NCBI RefSeq assembly: GCF_006345805.1
Contig: NC_043006.1
Coordinates: 5,580,001-5,644,000, forward strand
Length of the DNA stretch: 64,000 nucleotides
Origin: Octopus sinensis
Lineage: Eukaryota
Reading direction: 5' to 3'
The notes below the pieces were generated by a model, which was not told the DNA's origin, did not search any database, and worked only from the letters and a program-made list of their open reading frames with translations. Below, piece after piece: positions 23,774 to 36,530 of the stretch. Numbering within the stretch: position 1 is the first letter of the stretch; each line of letters starts with the position of its first letter. A program made the translations under genes and the position numbers.

Positions 23774-25431
23774 ATGTACATCTATATATACATCTACACA
23801 TGAAATACAAAATACAAAGTTATATCTATATATCGCTAGTGATAACAATACTCAAAATATATAAGAGACTGGAATTGTAGGCCCGTCTCTTGCAATTTTA
23901 ATCAATTGTATCTTGTCCTCCCTCTTGTATAGAAGTATAGCAACAATCCAGCCTACCTCTACTTCTGGGGGGACATTTTTAATTTTTATCCGGGATGTCC
24001 TACGTCTCAGATATAAAGGTAAAAATAAAATATTTCCACTTTGCAAAGTTCGAGTCGAGTACTCCCTTGCACGCTCGAACCTTGCTTCTATTGTTGTGAA
24101 TTTTCCGCCTCTGATTTGATATCTTTCATAGTCGCACCAAGACACATTTCGATGGTGCTTTCCTCCAGGTGTTCAAATCTTTTTTTTTCTCTACATTGTA
24201 TACTTTATAGACAATAGTCTTTTCTTTAATTTTATTTTTTATTTCGTTTGGTGGTGTTATCCTAGATTCACCGTCTTTGTCGATGATCAATCCGAAGGAG
24301 GTTTGTATTTCTTCCATTTTAATTTTAATGAGTTCGCACCCGCCGACGGTGCAGCGATATTCATTTTTGGACTTTCTTCTATCGACGGCATTTTAACAAA
24401 AATGCTTCCGTATAAACGGTGAAAATATTGTCAATTTCCCCAAACAGGGACACAATTCAATTTTTAAACAATAACCAAAGCTCCTTCTCCCAAAGGGGGA
24501 GGGTTACGGTTTACAATTATTTAACAAATGCAACACAACAACGTTTCCCTTACGAGGAACCAACAAACGTGATAACAATAGTTAAACAGTAATAATAATA
24601 ACAACAAACCTTACGGTGAATCAAAAAGCAGTACGCAGTTGAAACTATAGTCATTTATGCATAAGAAATAAACCAACAGCAGTACTCAGTAGAAACGGCT
24701 GTTCGAGAAAACAGACATTACATACAGCCGAACTTCATATTGATACTTAATGCTAGCTAATTAGCAGATAATCTAATGTAAAAGCCGTGGTAACGGGTAT
24801 GTGCTCAGCTCCATATGGACTGTTCCATTTCTGCACACTAATTTTATTTTTAATTTATTCCCATTCATGTGAAACCACTTATTCAAGTTCGAGTCATTGA
24901 TGCAATTTTATACCAATTGCTTTTTTTTACTTTTAATTGTTATGTTACGATTTAATTTAGTTTGATTTTAATCATTACTTACTACATATAATTCAATTGT
25001 TATTATTATCTCTAATTTTTATTGTTAAAGTGAAAGTATCTGACATAAAATAGAGAAATATTTTTGTTTCACTTTTAACACGTAATACTGAAATAGTGGA
25101 GAAGATATGATATTGCTATGGGCTCGCCCTAGGCAAGAAGTAGAACATCTTTTTTTTGCCCATGAAACTACATGGACCCTAAGTAAAGCATGTGCAAAAT
25201 TTGAAAGAAATTGGTTGTGTAGTTCTCAAGGTTTAGGGAATCATAGTGGAGAAGATATGATATTGCCGTGGGCTTGCCCTAGGCAAAAAGCTGAAAAAAT
25301 TTTAACGATGACACTCCCCGGACCCTAAGTAAAGCATGTGTAAAATTTGATTGCAATTGGTTGCGTAGTTCTCAAGGTTTAGGGAAACACACAGACAGAC
25401 AGATAGACAGAGAGACAAACGGACAGACAGA

Positions 25432-25464
<33 letters not shown>

Positions 25465-26561
25465 TCTCAGTTGTATATATATAGAGATAGTGAAAGTAAG
25501 TGGCGTGTTGAATTATTGCTAGTTATGAAATTCTTAGAATAATTGGAACAAGGCTTTTCACTTCAGCTTCCTCTATACATCCTTCACAATTTACATCCAT
25601 CCTGCTTAATTAGTAAGGTTTGCTGGCTGTCAACCCAGTTTCAGAAAGTGTAAATATTGAGGAATATGTTAGTTCCCAGATACGAACGATAACCTAATGT
25701 TAATATTGCACACTGAAAGATTTCAGGTAAAACACTACAACTATTATACTACACTCATTAAGCGCTGAGGTAGGCCTCATTGTCTCAATTCAAAACTGGG
25801 TAGACTTACGTATTTAATGGTCACAAACTCTCATAACGGTGCTGTTGATGAGACGCGAACAATAAATTTGCCATCTAGCATTCTTTTATTCTTCTATTTG
25901 TTTCAGTCATTTGACTGCAGCCATGCTGGAGCACAACCTTTTAGTCGAAGAAATCGACTTATTCTTTGTAAGCCTGGTATTTATTCTGTCGTGTTTCTTT
26001 GCCGAACCGCTATGTAATTGGGACGTAAACACATCAACATCGGTTGTCAAGCGATGGTGTGTGTGTGTTGGGGGCACAAACACACACACACACAAACACA
26101 CACACAAACACAAACACACGCACACAAACACACACACACAAACACACTCATATATATAAGGAAGGTCGTATATATATATATATATACGACATTCTTTCGT
26201 TTTCCGTCTTCCAAATCCATTGACAAGGCTTTGGTCGGCCGGGGGCTATAGTAGAAGACATTTTCTCAAGGTGACACGCAGTGGGTTTGAACCCGGAACC
26301 ATGTGGTTGGGAATCAAGATTCTTACAACACAGCCCCAACCGTGCCATATCAAATTTTATGAAAATAGATTTTTCACGGTGGGATTGATTAGGAATTCAG
26401 AATTGCTTGGGAATTTTTTATGACTAAAATTTCAAGAGACTTGTAGTGGTATTGTATAATCCATTATTCTATTTATTTACAGTGCGTAAAATATATAAAT
26501 TTTAATCTTCCTATCCATTTTATATATCTTAACTGGTATTTATTATTTTTTTTCTTTATAG

Positions 26562-27232
26562 CAGGAAGATCTCAAGCAAGGTCGATCAAATATGACAGGA
26601 TTCGCGATTATATGAGTACGATGCCGCGGGATATAATAGGCAAAAATATGGCGATGATACCCGATTATCCGACTATGCCAGCAGAAGACATCTATAAAAA
26701 GTCAATGATGGATATAATAGGCAAGAATATGGCCATGATACCCGATTATGCGACCATACCTGCAGATGCCTACAATAAAAGATCAATTAAAAGCAAGAAA
26801 AGTGCGATGATAGCCGATTATGCGACAATACCTGCAGATGCTTACAATAAAAGATCAATGAAAGGCAAGAAAAGTGCGATGATAGCCGATTATGCGACTA
26901 TACCTGCAGATGCTTCCATTATGCAATCAAGGCCAATGGCGGACCATTATATCCAGGAAATACGCATGGGAATGAAAGACATTGACTTTCGTCCAGTCAC
27001 AGCCATTCCTCCAAACATTGCCTTACGTCCAATTGAGACGATAGGCAAGAAAAGTGCGATAGCCGATTATGCGGCTATACCTGCAGAAGACATCTATAAA
27101 AAATCAATGATAGATAAGATAGGCAAGAATATGGCCATGATACCCGATTATGCGGCTATACCTGCAGATGCCTACAGTATGAGATCAATGATGAACTACA
27201 TGCCGACAGAATATATCTATGAAATAGAATGA
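26562..27232 (+). CDS. Secreted multi-copy peptide precursor copy B, coding exon 2
   Basis: Same TAG|CAG| acceptor (26561/26564); ORF-track protein identical to 14131-14751. Confidence 0.9.
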
Positions 27233-28325
27233 AAACGAATGCCATTCACAATTCGTCCAAAAATTTAGATAATGCCAGCAGTAAAATCTCAAGTCCTGAT
27301 GATAATGTCTATTGATACGAGGCATGCATCATTGTGAATGATACTCCATGTCTACTATCAGTGCATCTTCCTATAGATTTCCGTCAATAACAACAGATTA
27401 GTGCATACAATATAACAAACAAATCATTTGTTCAAAAATAACCAAAGTAAGCTTTTTCTTTTTTATTAATTTGCTAAACTATCTCTGCATAGCAATCAAG
27501 TATTTTTTCAACCTTGTTGGTTTCTCACATTATCACAAAATCTACAAATGATGAGAAGAAAAGGAAATAGTGTATGTTTCTTCCAACCAAGATTAAATAT
27601 CTGATTACCTGGAGATTATGTCTATATATATCAATATGCTAACAAAAATCTATTCAAACATTTGATTTTATGAGATTTCTTGAAATATTCTTATACAAAA
27701 ATCTGTTTATAGTGGATATATTTGATTAATAAAACACTTCTTTAATGCGCTTTTAATGTCGAGTTGTTCTTCATTTGCCTGTTTGTACTTTTTATGAAGT
27801 CAAATAATATTAGAATGGTTTAGCTATCATGTTCAGGGGTACACATTCTTAAGATCTATATCCCGACATCGCATTCGTCAAAAAGGTGTCTTTGTAAACA
27901 ATATCTGAAATATCATAAAATTGCTGTTGACGCGATATATTTTAGTAAGGGACTTGCTTCCTAAGAAAAAAGACATCTCTCAGCTTATTAAGAAACGATT
28001 TCTCAAATTATGGCAGTATTAGAAATGAGTATTATTTTCTAGCAGGAGCAGACGAAATGAGTTCTGGTGATAGACTTGATGTAATTGTATCACCTGCAAC
28101 GATACCTCACCAAAAAATATGTAGAGTTACTCTCTTTTACTCTTTACTCTTTTACTTGTTTCAGTCATTTGACTGCGGCCATGCTGGAGCACCGCCTTTA
28201 GTCGAGCAAATAAGCCCAGTACTTATTCATCGGTCTTTTTTGCCGATCCGCAAAGTGACGGGGACATAAACACACCAGCATCGGTTGTCAAGCAATGCTA
28301 GGGGACAAACACAAACACACAAACA

Positions 28326-28357
<32 letters not shown>

Positions 28358-29759
28358 CACGATAGGCTTCTTTCAGTTTCCGTCTACCAAATCCACTCAC
28401 AAGGCATTGGTCGGCCCGGGGCTATAGCAGAAGACACTTGCCCAAGATGCCACGCAGTGGGACTGAACTTGGAACCATGTGGTTGGTTAGCAAACTACTT
28501 ACCACACAGCCACTCCTGCGCCTAGTGTTGAGTCAAGTTTCAAAATCTTTATTATTGTTTGTAATGATGATGCTGTTACTTCTTGTTATAGACAAGAAGC
28601 AACTGCATTAACTTTCTTTATTATCTTATGGTATTCATGGAGGTATCAGGAATCTTTTTTAAACCATTTGTTTTCTATTGAATGAATATAGTAAGAAGAC
28701 AAACGGGACAACGAAACATAACCCTCTCAAAGAGTACATAATTGAAATTCTGCCTCGTTTTCTTTTAGCATAAAGCTCTTATATTTATATAAGGGACAAT
28801 AATAAAGCGGGTAAGAAGGAGTGAGTTATAATTTCCACGCCATTCTCGTTGATAGTTACATCGTCTGGGAAGTAACTACCACTAGTATCAAAATAACAGC
28901 CCCAACAGATCTCTTCATGAGCTTAATTCATGATTTAGGTAGAATGCGGTTAGAAAGAAAAACCAATCATCGAAATAATTCTACATAATTTTATGCGTCA
29001 ACGAGCTAAATATTTTCTTTAAAATATTTAAAATCTATTTTTTTTCAAAGCTATATATATTAGTAAATATAAGTAAAATTAATGAACACATTTGAAGAAA
29101 CAGTTTCTTACAATTAATTACTTGAGTGGGGTTTTCATTCCGATCTGCATCTCATGTGTACCTCACCTCCCAAAACGCTGACTTTCCCTTCAATTGTCCA
29201 AAGACCACCGTTCATCTCATGCCACCCCATACACACCAGAATGAATATCCCCTTCAGGCTAGCAAAAAGGATTTGTACTACTTTTCTAATGCAAGCACCA
29301 GGGACACACTATTACATGAACTAAAGGATACACTCATCACCAAGAACCACCCACCTTCACTAATTGACATATGCCTTCAACGTGCGCTACAACTCAACAT
29401 CCACGAACTGGACGATGTTACTGTTTTTTAACTCCAAGAAACATCGTTTCTAGCTGGCTATACGACATAATATTTGTGTCCTTATATTCTAACCGGGCAA
29501 TAACCCAGAAACTAGTCCACAAATGTTGTTTTCTGCTAGATGGGAGTACTGGACTCCCTGTTCCAAAATATAAGGACACAGGTTTTGTGTCGTATAGCCA
29601 GCTAGAAACGATGTTTCTTGAGGCTAAACAACCGTAACCTCGCCCCTTCCAGGACAGCCATATTATGTTGTCAAATAGCCTTCACTTTAAAGAACTTTAC
29701 TTACTAAGTGTCTCTCTCTGAGAGATTTAGAAATAATAACATTTATATATGTATATATA

Positions 29760-30292
29760 CTAGCAGTATCGCCCGGCGTTGCTCGGGTTTGTAAGGGAAA
29801 TAACTATATAGGCATTTTTAGAGAGTTATAGCAAAAAAATGCATTAAAAATGGAATAAAAAATGATGGTAATTTTTTTTAAATCGTTGACTCAGTGTCTT
29901 CAAGCCATGAAGTCGTTGTTCTAAAAGAACGCTGGTCTCCTTGACAACGCTTTACGACGTTGATTTCCTTACACTCCCTTCCCCACAGCTTCACGAGGGA
30001 GGGAAGAAGGGGGAGAAGCAACACAGGTGCAGGTGTGACCATGGACGCCAACTCCGCCGCCATCGACACACGAAAAAATATGCATCAAAATGGAATAAAA
30101 AAATGATGTTAAATTATTTTTTAAATCGTAGACTCATCGTAGACGCGCGCTAATACCCAGACGGGCTCGATATGAATCACGACTATAAGATACCCGAATT
30201 TGGTTAAACTGCACCGCAAAATGTGGGAGTAGTTAGGAATCTAAATCGAAGGGGACAGACACTCACACAACTACAGTTTTATATATATATAT
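29760..30292 (-). mobile_element. Non-autonomous Helitron at the right breakpoint of copy B
   Basis: ACTAGCAGTATCGCCCGGCGTTGCTCGGG is the reverse complement of a hairpin + CTAG 3' end; the other end CAGACACTCACACAACTACAGTTTTATATATA resembles the 5' ends of related copies. Confidence 0.7.
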
Positions 30293-30296
30293 ATAA

Positions 30297-30538
30297 CTTA
30301 TAAATAAGGGCTAAAAAAATTATTTCTATGCCAATATGCTGATAACAGACTTTTAAATGGTCAATTTACACATATTATTTACTCGCTACAGAAAACACGT
30401 AGAGCTGAAAACGCGGAGAGGCAGCCAATAGAATTTTTTACGTGTTTTCTGTAGCGAGTAAATAATATGTGGAAATTTAAAAGTCTGTTATCAGCATATT
30501 GGCATAGAAATAATTTTCTTTAGCCCTTATTTATAAGT
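30297..30538. mobile_element. MITE-like inverted repeat (~100-bp arms)
   Basis: CTTATAAATAAGGGCT...CTACAGAAAACACGTA / TACGTGTTTTCTGTAG...AGCCCTTATTTATAAG. Confidence 0.75.
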
Positions 30539-30608
30539 TGTTTATAATTTTAACCTTAAAGGTATTTTAATATGCTGCCACATTTTTTCTGTAAAACACT
30601 TCATCCTA

Positions 30609-30648
<40 letters not shown>

Positions 30649-30689
30649 TAGTAGTAGTAGTAGTAGTAGTAGTAGTTGTAGTAGTAGTA

Positions 30690-30723
<34 letters not shown>

Positions 30724-30740
30724 ATATCTATATATATACT
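30609..30740. repeat. (TAG)n + (TA)n microsatellite
   Basis: Direct inspection. Confidence 0.95.
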
Positions 30741-31964
30741 TCGATTATAGATTGTGTTAACCTCTAAGAAGTCAAAAAGCTAGTCAACATTTCAACCAAT
30801 TTATTCGATTGGAAGAAGTAAGCCAGTCCGTGGTGCATACATATGTCAAAATTGAGATACAAAGTTTGAATTACCTACGAACAAACCAACTCATGCTAAG
30901 GGCAAAGGGTTACATTCACCTTCAAATTGTCGCGACTTCTAGCGAGTAACTCGAGAAATATTGACCAGTCTGTTAAATTGTCGAAAAGCTCTACATAGGA
31001 ATCTGGTTTACGTCAGAAAAATTAACTGACCGAACCACTTCATTCCATCCACTTGTAACTAGAAATAGAGAGGAATCTTCGATGAACTTTACGACATCAG
31101 AAAACAAAGAATCGACGTAGTCTCAAACTCCGGAAGATCCATGAGAAGCAAAACAAAAAAAGACACCTCTGACTTAAATGACAGAAGATTCCTCGGTGGG
31201 CTCCGTGTGTGAATGACGATTATTGAATGGTAAAAAAGAATTCCTCATTTTAACACAACGACTTAAGACCAGGAGGTGCAGACAAGATCTTTCAAGATGT
31301 GCTGCCTGATATGAATGACCATCCAGAATTGTTTGAAACCAAGAACATTCAATACACTCATGGTCAATGAGGGGTCATCAGTCCTGCCTCACCCTCCATA
31401 CAAGGTTTTTAAAATGTACCAAAAAGTATCCAAGAGTCTTTCTTCGAGTAATTCAGACCGACAGTGCTGGACGGTGTACATCTTTACCGTAGTTTTACGC
31501 CTGGAGTCAGCGGCAGGACAAACCTGACGGTTAAAGGTTAGAAAGTAAATTTGCGCAATCGGTTGGTAATGGCACAGAACAAGTTGTGAAATCCTTTGAA
31601 ACCCTGCGTCAGTATTGACTACTACGGCTCCAAAAAAGGAATTCTATGTTACAAAGTATCTCAATAAGATAATTGGCATGACTTCATTTACAAATGGCAA
31701 AGAGCTCGATGACGGTATCAGACAAACCGCGACATCTTCAGCAATGAAATAACCAGGAGAGTCTGAAGAATCGTATCCACCAACACCACCTAAAGAAAAG
31801 CCGTCTTGAGAATAGGAAGAGAGACCATAGCTCATCATTTGACACAAACATAAGTCGCCGTTAATCTGACTGATCTCTCTATATCTCGGTTAGTAAGAGG
31901 AATAAACTGTTGGTGTGTTCACAGCAGAAAGTATGGTTCCAAATGATTGGTGCAATCAAGCAAC

Positions 31965-32090
31965 TGACTTGACTTGACTTGAGACAGCATTCACCCGGGG
32001 TGGGTTGAGCAGGCTTCATTCATCCTCAATGCTGCATCTCTCACAAACGCCTACCAGACCTGGCGATTTGAGGCTAACGACCGCGTGATC
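31965..32090 (-). mobile_element. RTE-like LINE extreme 3' end with (CAAGT)n tail
   Basis: GACTTGACTTGACTTGA on plus; minus strand reads like an ORF2 end (RQVW.AFVRDAALRM...). Confidence 0.5.
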
Positions 32091-33284
32091 TCAAAAATCA
32101 AGAAACTCTTGCAATGAAAAATGTTACTATGAGAGAAATCAAGAGAAACCTACTGGATATTGATAATCAGAAAGAAAAGATATAAATGAATAGACACAAT
32201 CTCTTAGTGAAACCAACCTATAGAAGCTTGAATTATCTTTTCGAGATCGATAAAATAAGTACCAGTCGACTAGCCCTCTCCCCTGCCCCCCGAAATTGCT
32301 GGCTTTGTGCAAAAATTTGAAATCAATATTACTGAAACCAGCGGGTTCAAAATTTTAAGACTTTAAACCAAGTCAGAAAGAGACGTAGAAGAAGGCGGTT
32401 GTTATCTTTTGGCCGCAACAAGCGACAAATACAGTTTGCAAGATAATCGATTGTACAGGGGTGTTTTTTTGGGGTGGGGGGGGAACTGAATCTGAAGGAT
32501 GAAGTAAAGAGAAAGTTGTGTTGCTGAAAACAGAGTGATATGATTGGTACAAGGAAGAATTTCGGGGCAAGCTCAATAGTGGCGATAAAAGGATACAGTT
32601 TACATCAGGAATTGTTGAAAAGGCAGCAAAGTTAAGGTCTGAAAAGAAGGACCACCAGCAAAAGTGGTGAACATAACCTAGTAACACCCGATATGATTCT
32701 TGTGTCAAGAATAGCATGCCTTGTGGTCATCGTGGAGTTAATTGTGACCAGTCTTTAGTTAACAATACAATTGAAAGTTAAAGAAACAAAGGAAGGGGCT
32801 TCATGCTTTGATATAGAAACACTGAAATTAAAGTTGAATTTGTAACTGAATCACAAGGATAAACGTTAAGAATTCTTTCTAATTTTGGCACAAGGCCAGC
32901 AATTATAGAAGAGGGCTAAATTTATAATATTGTGTCCCCTGCTGGACTGGTACCTTATTTTTATTGGCTTGTGAGGAATGAAAGACAAACTTAACCTCGA
33001 CGGAATTTGAACTTAAAGCATAATATGTTGGGACAAATGCTACCTAGCATTTTGTCCAACGCACAGACGATTCTATTTTACTCTAGGCACAGGGCCCAAA
33101 CTTTTGGGTAAGTCAATTAGATCGACCCCAGTACGTAACTGGTTCTTAATTTATCGACCCCGAAAGGATGAAAGGCAAAGTTGACCTCTGCGGAATTTGA
33201 ACTCAGAACGTAGATAAATATTAATAATGAGCTTCCTTAGGGGTAAAGAAGAAAAGAGATTTTTTAAAGAATATTCTTTTTTTC

Positions 33285-33695
33285 CTTTTTCTTTTACTTG
33301 TTTCAGTCATTTGACTGCGGCCATGCTGGAGCACCGCCTTTAGTCGAGCAAATCGACCCTGAGACTTATTCTTTGTAAGCCTTATTCTTATTTGTGAGTA
33401 CTTATTCTATCGGTCTCATTTTGCCGATCCGCTAAGTGACGGGGACGTAAACACACCAGCATCGGTTGCTAGGGGGACAAACACAGACACACAAACACAC
33501 ACGCATACATATATATATATATACATATATACGACAGGCTTCTTTCAGTTTCCGTCTACCAAATCCACTCACAAGGCATTGGTCGGCCCGGGGCTATAGC
33601 AGTAGACACTTGCCCAAGGTGCCACGCAGTGGGACTGAACCCGGAACCATGTGGTTGGTTAGCAAGCGACTTACCACACAGCCACTCCTGCGCCT
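33285..33695 (-). mobile_element. Family A SINE, left member of an inverted pair
   Basis: Full family A on the minus strand; head ends at ~33694. Confidence 0.9.
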
Positions 33696-33733
33696 ACTCA
33701 TTCTTTAAAAAAAAATAAAATTATAACAATATA

Positions 33734-33901
33734 GGTGCAGGAGTGGCTGTGTGGTAAGTAGCTTGTCTACAAACCGCATGGTTCCGGGTTCAGTCCCACT
33801 GCGTGGCATCTTGGGCAAGTGTCTTCTATAGCCCCGGGCCGACCAATGCCTTGTGAGTGGATTTGGTAGACGGAAACTGAAAGAAGCCTGTCGTATATAT
33901 G

Positions 33902-33932
<31 letters not shown>

Positions 33933-34140
33933 TTGTGTGTCTGTGTTTGTCCCCCTAGCATTGCTTGACAACCGATGCTGGTGTGTTTATGTCCCCGTCA
34001 CTTAGCGGTTCGGCAAAAGAGACCGATAGAATAAGTACTGGGATTACAAAAGAATAAGTCCCGGGATCGAGTTGCTCGATTAAAGGCGGTGCTCCAGCAT
34101 GGCCGCAGTCAAATGACTGAAACAAGTAAAAAGAGAAAAA
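33734..34140 (+). mobile_element. Family A SINE, right member of an inverted pair
   Basis: GGTGCAGGAGTGGCTGTGTGGTAAG head ~40 bp from the head of the minus copy. Confidence 0.9.
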
Positions 34141-34399
34141 GAGAAAGAGAAATCTGAATCGAAAATAGTAAAGTGCGATATTCCCTGGAGTTCGTTTGCT
34201 TTTAAGGAATCAACAGGCGTTTCTGACAATTCGGTGTTGCTACAACTTGTTTGTGGTATTAATGCTTCATTATTTACATTATTTACATTTGACGGATATT
34301 TGTCCTCATCTTGTTTGTTGTTAACGCAACGTTTCGGCTGATAAAGCATGCAGCCTTCATCAAGTATCTTGGGGAAATTTCGAACCTGGGTTTTCATTC

Positions 34400-34658
34400 T
34401 TAAGAGCATTCCCAAGATTCCGAGTTCGATTCCAGGCAGTGAACTGAAGAAGAAGAAGAAAAGAAGAAGAAGAAAGAAAAAGAAGAAGAAGAAGAAGAAG
34501 AAGAAGAAGAAGAAGAAGAAAGAAGAAGAAAGAAGAAGAAGAAGAAGAATAATAATAATAATAGTAATAGTAATAGTAATAATAATAATAAAATAATAAT
34601 AATAATAATATAATAATAATAATAATAATATAATAATATAATAGTAATAGTAATAGTA

Positions 34659-34689
<31 letters not shown>

Positions 34690-34715
34690 TATAATAATAA
34701 TAATAATAATAATAA
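34400..34715 (+). repeat. Short tRNA-like SINE head (B box GTTCGATTCC) followed by (AAG)n/(AAT)n microsatellite
   Basis: TAAGAGC...CCCAAGATTCCGAGTTCGATTCCAGGCAGTGAACTG, then trinucleotide tracts. Confidence 0.65.
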
Positions 34716-36421
34716 TGTTACGGCAAAACGATCAGCCACCTTTTATATATGGATGACCTAAAACTATACGCTGCAAATGACAAACAGCTGGAAACACTAT
34801 TAAAGACAGTTCATGGATTTACCAAAGAAATAGATATGAAATTTGGATTAGAAAAATGCGCCAAAGTAACCATGAAAAGAAGAAAACAAGTTAAGAGTAG
34901 CAACATCACACTAGATAAAACCAATGAATTAAAAGAATTAGACCAAAGACGAACTTACAAATACTTAGGAATCCATGAACTAGATAAGACACAACACACA
35001 CAAATGAAAGAGAAAATAAAAAAAGAATATTATAGACGAGTTAGATAAATACTAAAAACAGAGCTCAATGCTAAAAACAAGATAATAGGTATTAACACTT
35101 TAGCTGTCCCAGTTATAAGTTACAGCTACAATATCCTTAACTGGACACGAAATGACCTGACCAAAATAGATAGGAAAACAAGAAAAATAATGACAGGATC
35201 TAGGATGCATCACCCAAAATCTGACATAGAAAGACTATATATACAACATATAGAAGGTGGTAGAGACCTTATACAGCTGGAAAACTACTATAAAATAACC
35301 ACCATAGGACTGCAAAAATATCTACTTCAGAAGGAAGGAAAACTGATACAAATAGCGGCAAAACACGAGCAAAACAAAAAACTGTTCTCAGTATTTAAGG
35401 AAGCTGACAAATACAAACAAGAAATCATACCACCTAATAAATATGAAAAAGAAGAAGAAGAAGATGAAGAAACAACAAAAGCTATAAAACAAATGAAATC
35501 CAAACTAAAAATAGAACAGCAACGAACCATGATAAAACGATGGCAAGAAAATCCCCTTCATGGTAAATACTGCACTAAACTAAACGCAAAAGAAATGGAC
35601 AAAGAAAAATCCCAGCAATGGTTGAGAAGCTCAGGATTCAAAGCAGAAACAGAGGGATTTTTAATTGCAGCACAAGACCAAATCCTCCCCATTAGAAATT
35701 ACCAAAAACATGTAATGAAAAGAAATATTACAAGTAACTGCAGAATATGTGGAGATGGACAAGAAACAATAAATCATATTATCTCTAGCTGCCCAGTCCT
35801 GGCTAAGAAGGAATATATTCACAGACATGACAGAGTTGGAACCTACATACATTGGAAGCTATGCCAACATTATGGAATAACAACAGAAAAAAGATGGTAT
35901 AGGCACACACCAGAAAAGGTCACAGAAAACGAGAAAGCAACCATACTCTGGGATATGCCGATACACACAGATAGAGAAATTAAGGCCAACAGACCAGATA
36001 TAGTTGTCAGAGATCATGAAGAAAAAAAATGCTTTCTAATTGATGTATCAATACCGGCAGATGACAACGTGTCTCTAAAAGAAATGGAGAAACTCTCAAA
36101 ATACAAAGACCTGGAAATAGAGGTAACTAGAATGTGGAATCTGAAAACAGAAACAATTCCTATCATAGTAGGTGCATTAGGCATGATAAAAAAATATTCA
36201 GACAAATACATAACAAAAACACCAGGACTTACAAACACATATAACATACAGAAAATTGCACTACTAGGCACTGCACACATCCTACGCAGAACACTTTCCA
36301 TACAATAACCATCAGAGCATCACAACAAATCACAGCACATACCCAAGGCACACAGAGCTGCGCTCGGTAGTGAAGTGAAAGCACGCTATAAAAATAAAAC
36401 TACTGAATAATAATAATAATA

Positions 36422-36492
<71 letters not shown>

Positions 36493-36530
36493 TAAATAAT
36501 AAATAATAATAATAATAATAATAAAAATAA
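34716..36530 (+). mobile_element. R4/Dong-like (REL-endonuclease) non-LTR retrotransposon, 5'-truncated copy
   Basis: Starts just before YMDDLKLYA; CCHC knuckle CRICGDGQETINHIISSC; RHD, PDIVV, IDVSIP and KLSKY REL motifs; premature TAA at 35046-48; ends in (AAT)n. Confidence 0.9.

Larger units (their letters stand above)
20295..25487 (-). mobile_element. Non-autonomous Helitron in the intron of copy B, interrupted by a CR1 LINE
   Basis: Minus strand A|TC start at 25487 (TCTCTATATATATACAACTGAGAATG); 3' hairpin + CTAG|T at 20295; A|T target. Confidence 0.7.
18657..29750. repeat. Segmental tandem duplication, copy B (copy A + 3.4-kb LINE)
   Basis: Collinear with 9694-17274; the length difference is mainly the CR1 LINE at 20377-23773. 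Confidence 0.95.

Noticed and set aside
34080-34739. 219-aa poly-Y/L/F 'membrane' ORF and its poly-K antisense
   Set aside because: Translation of (AAT)n/(AAG)n microsatellites.
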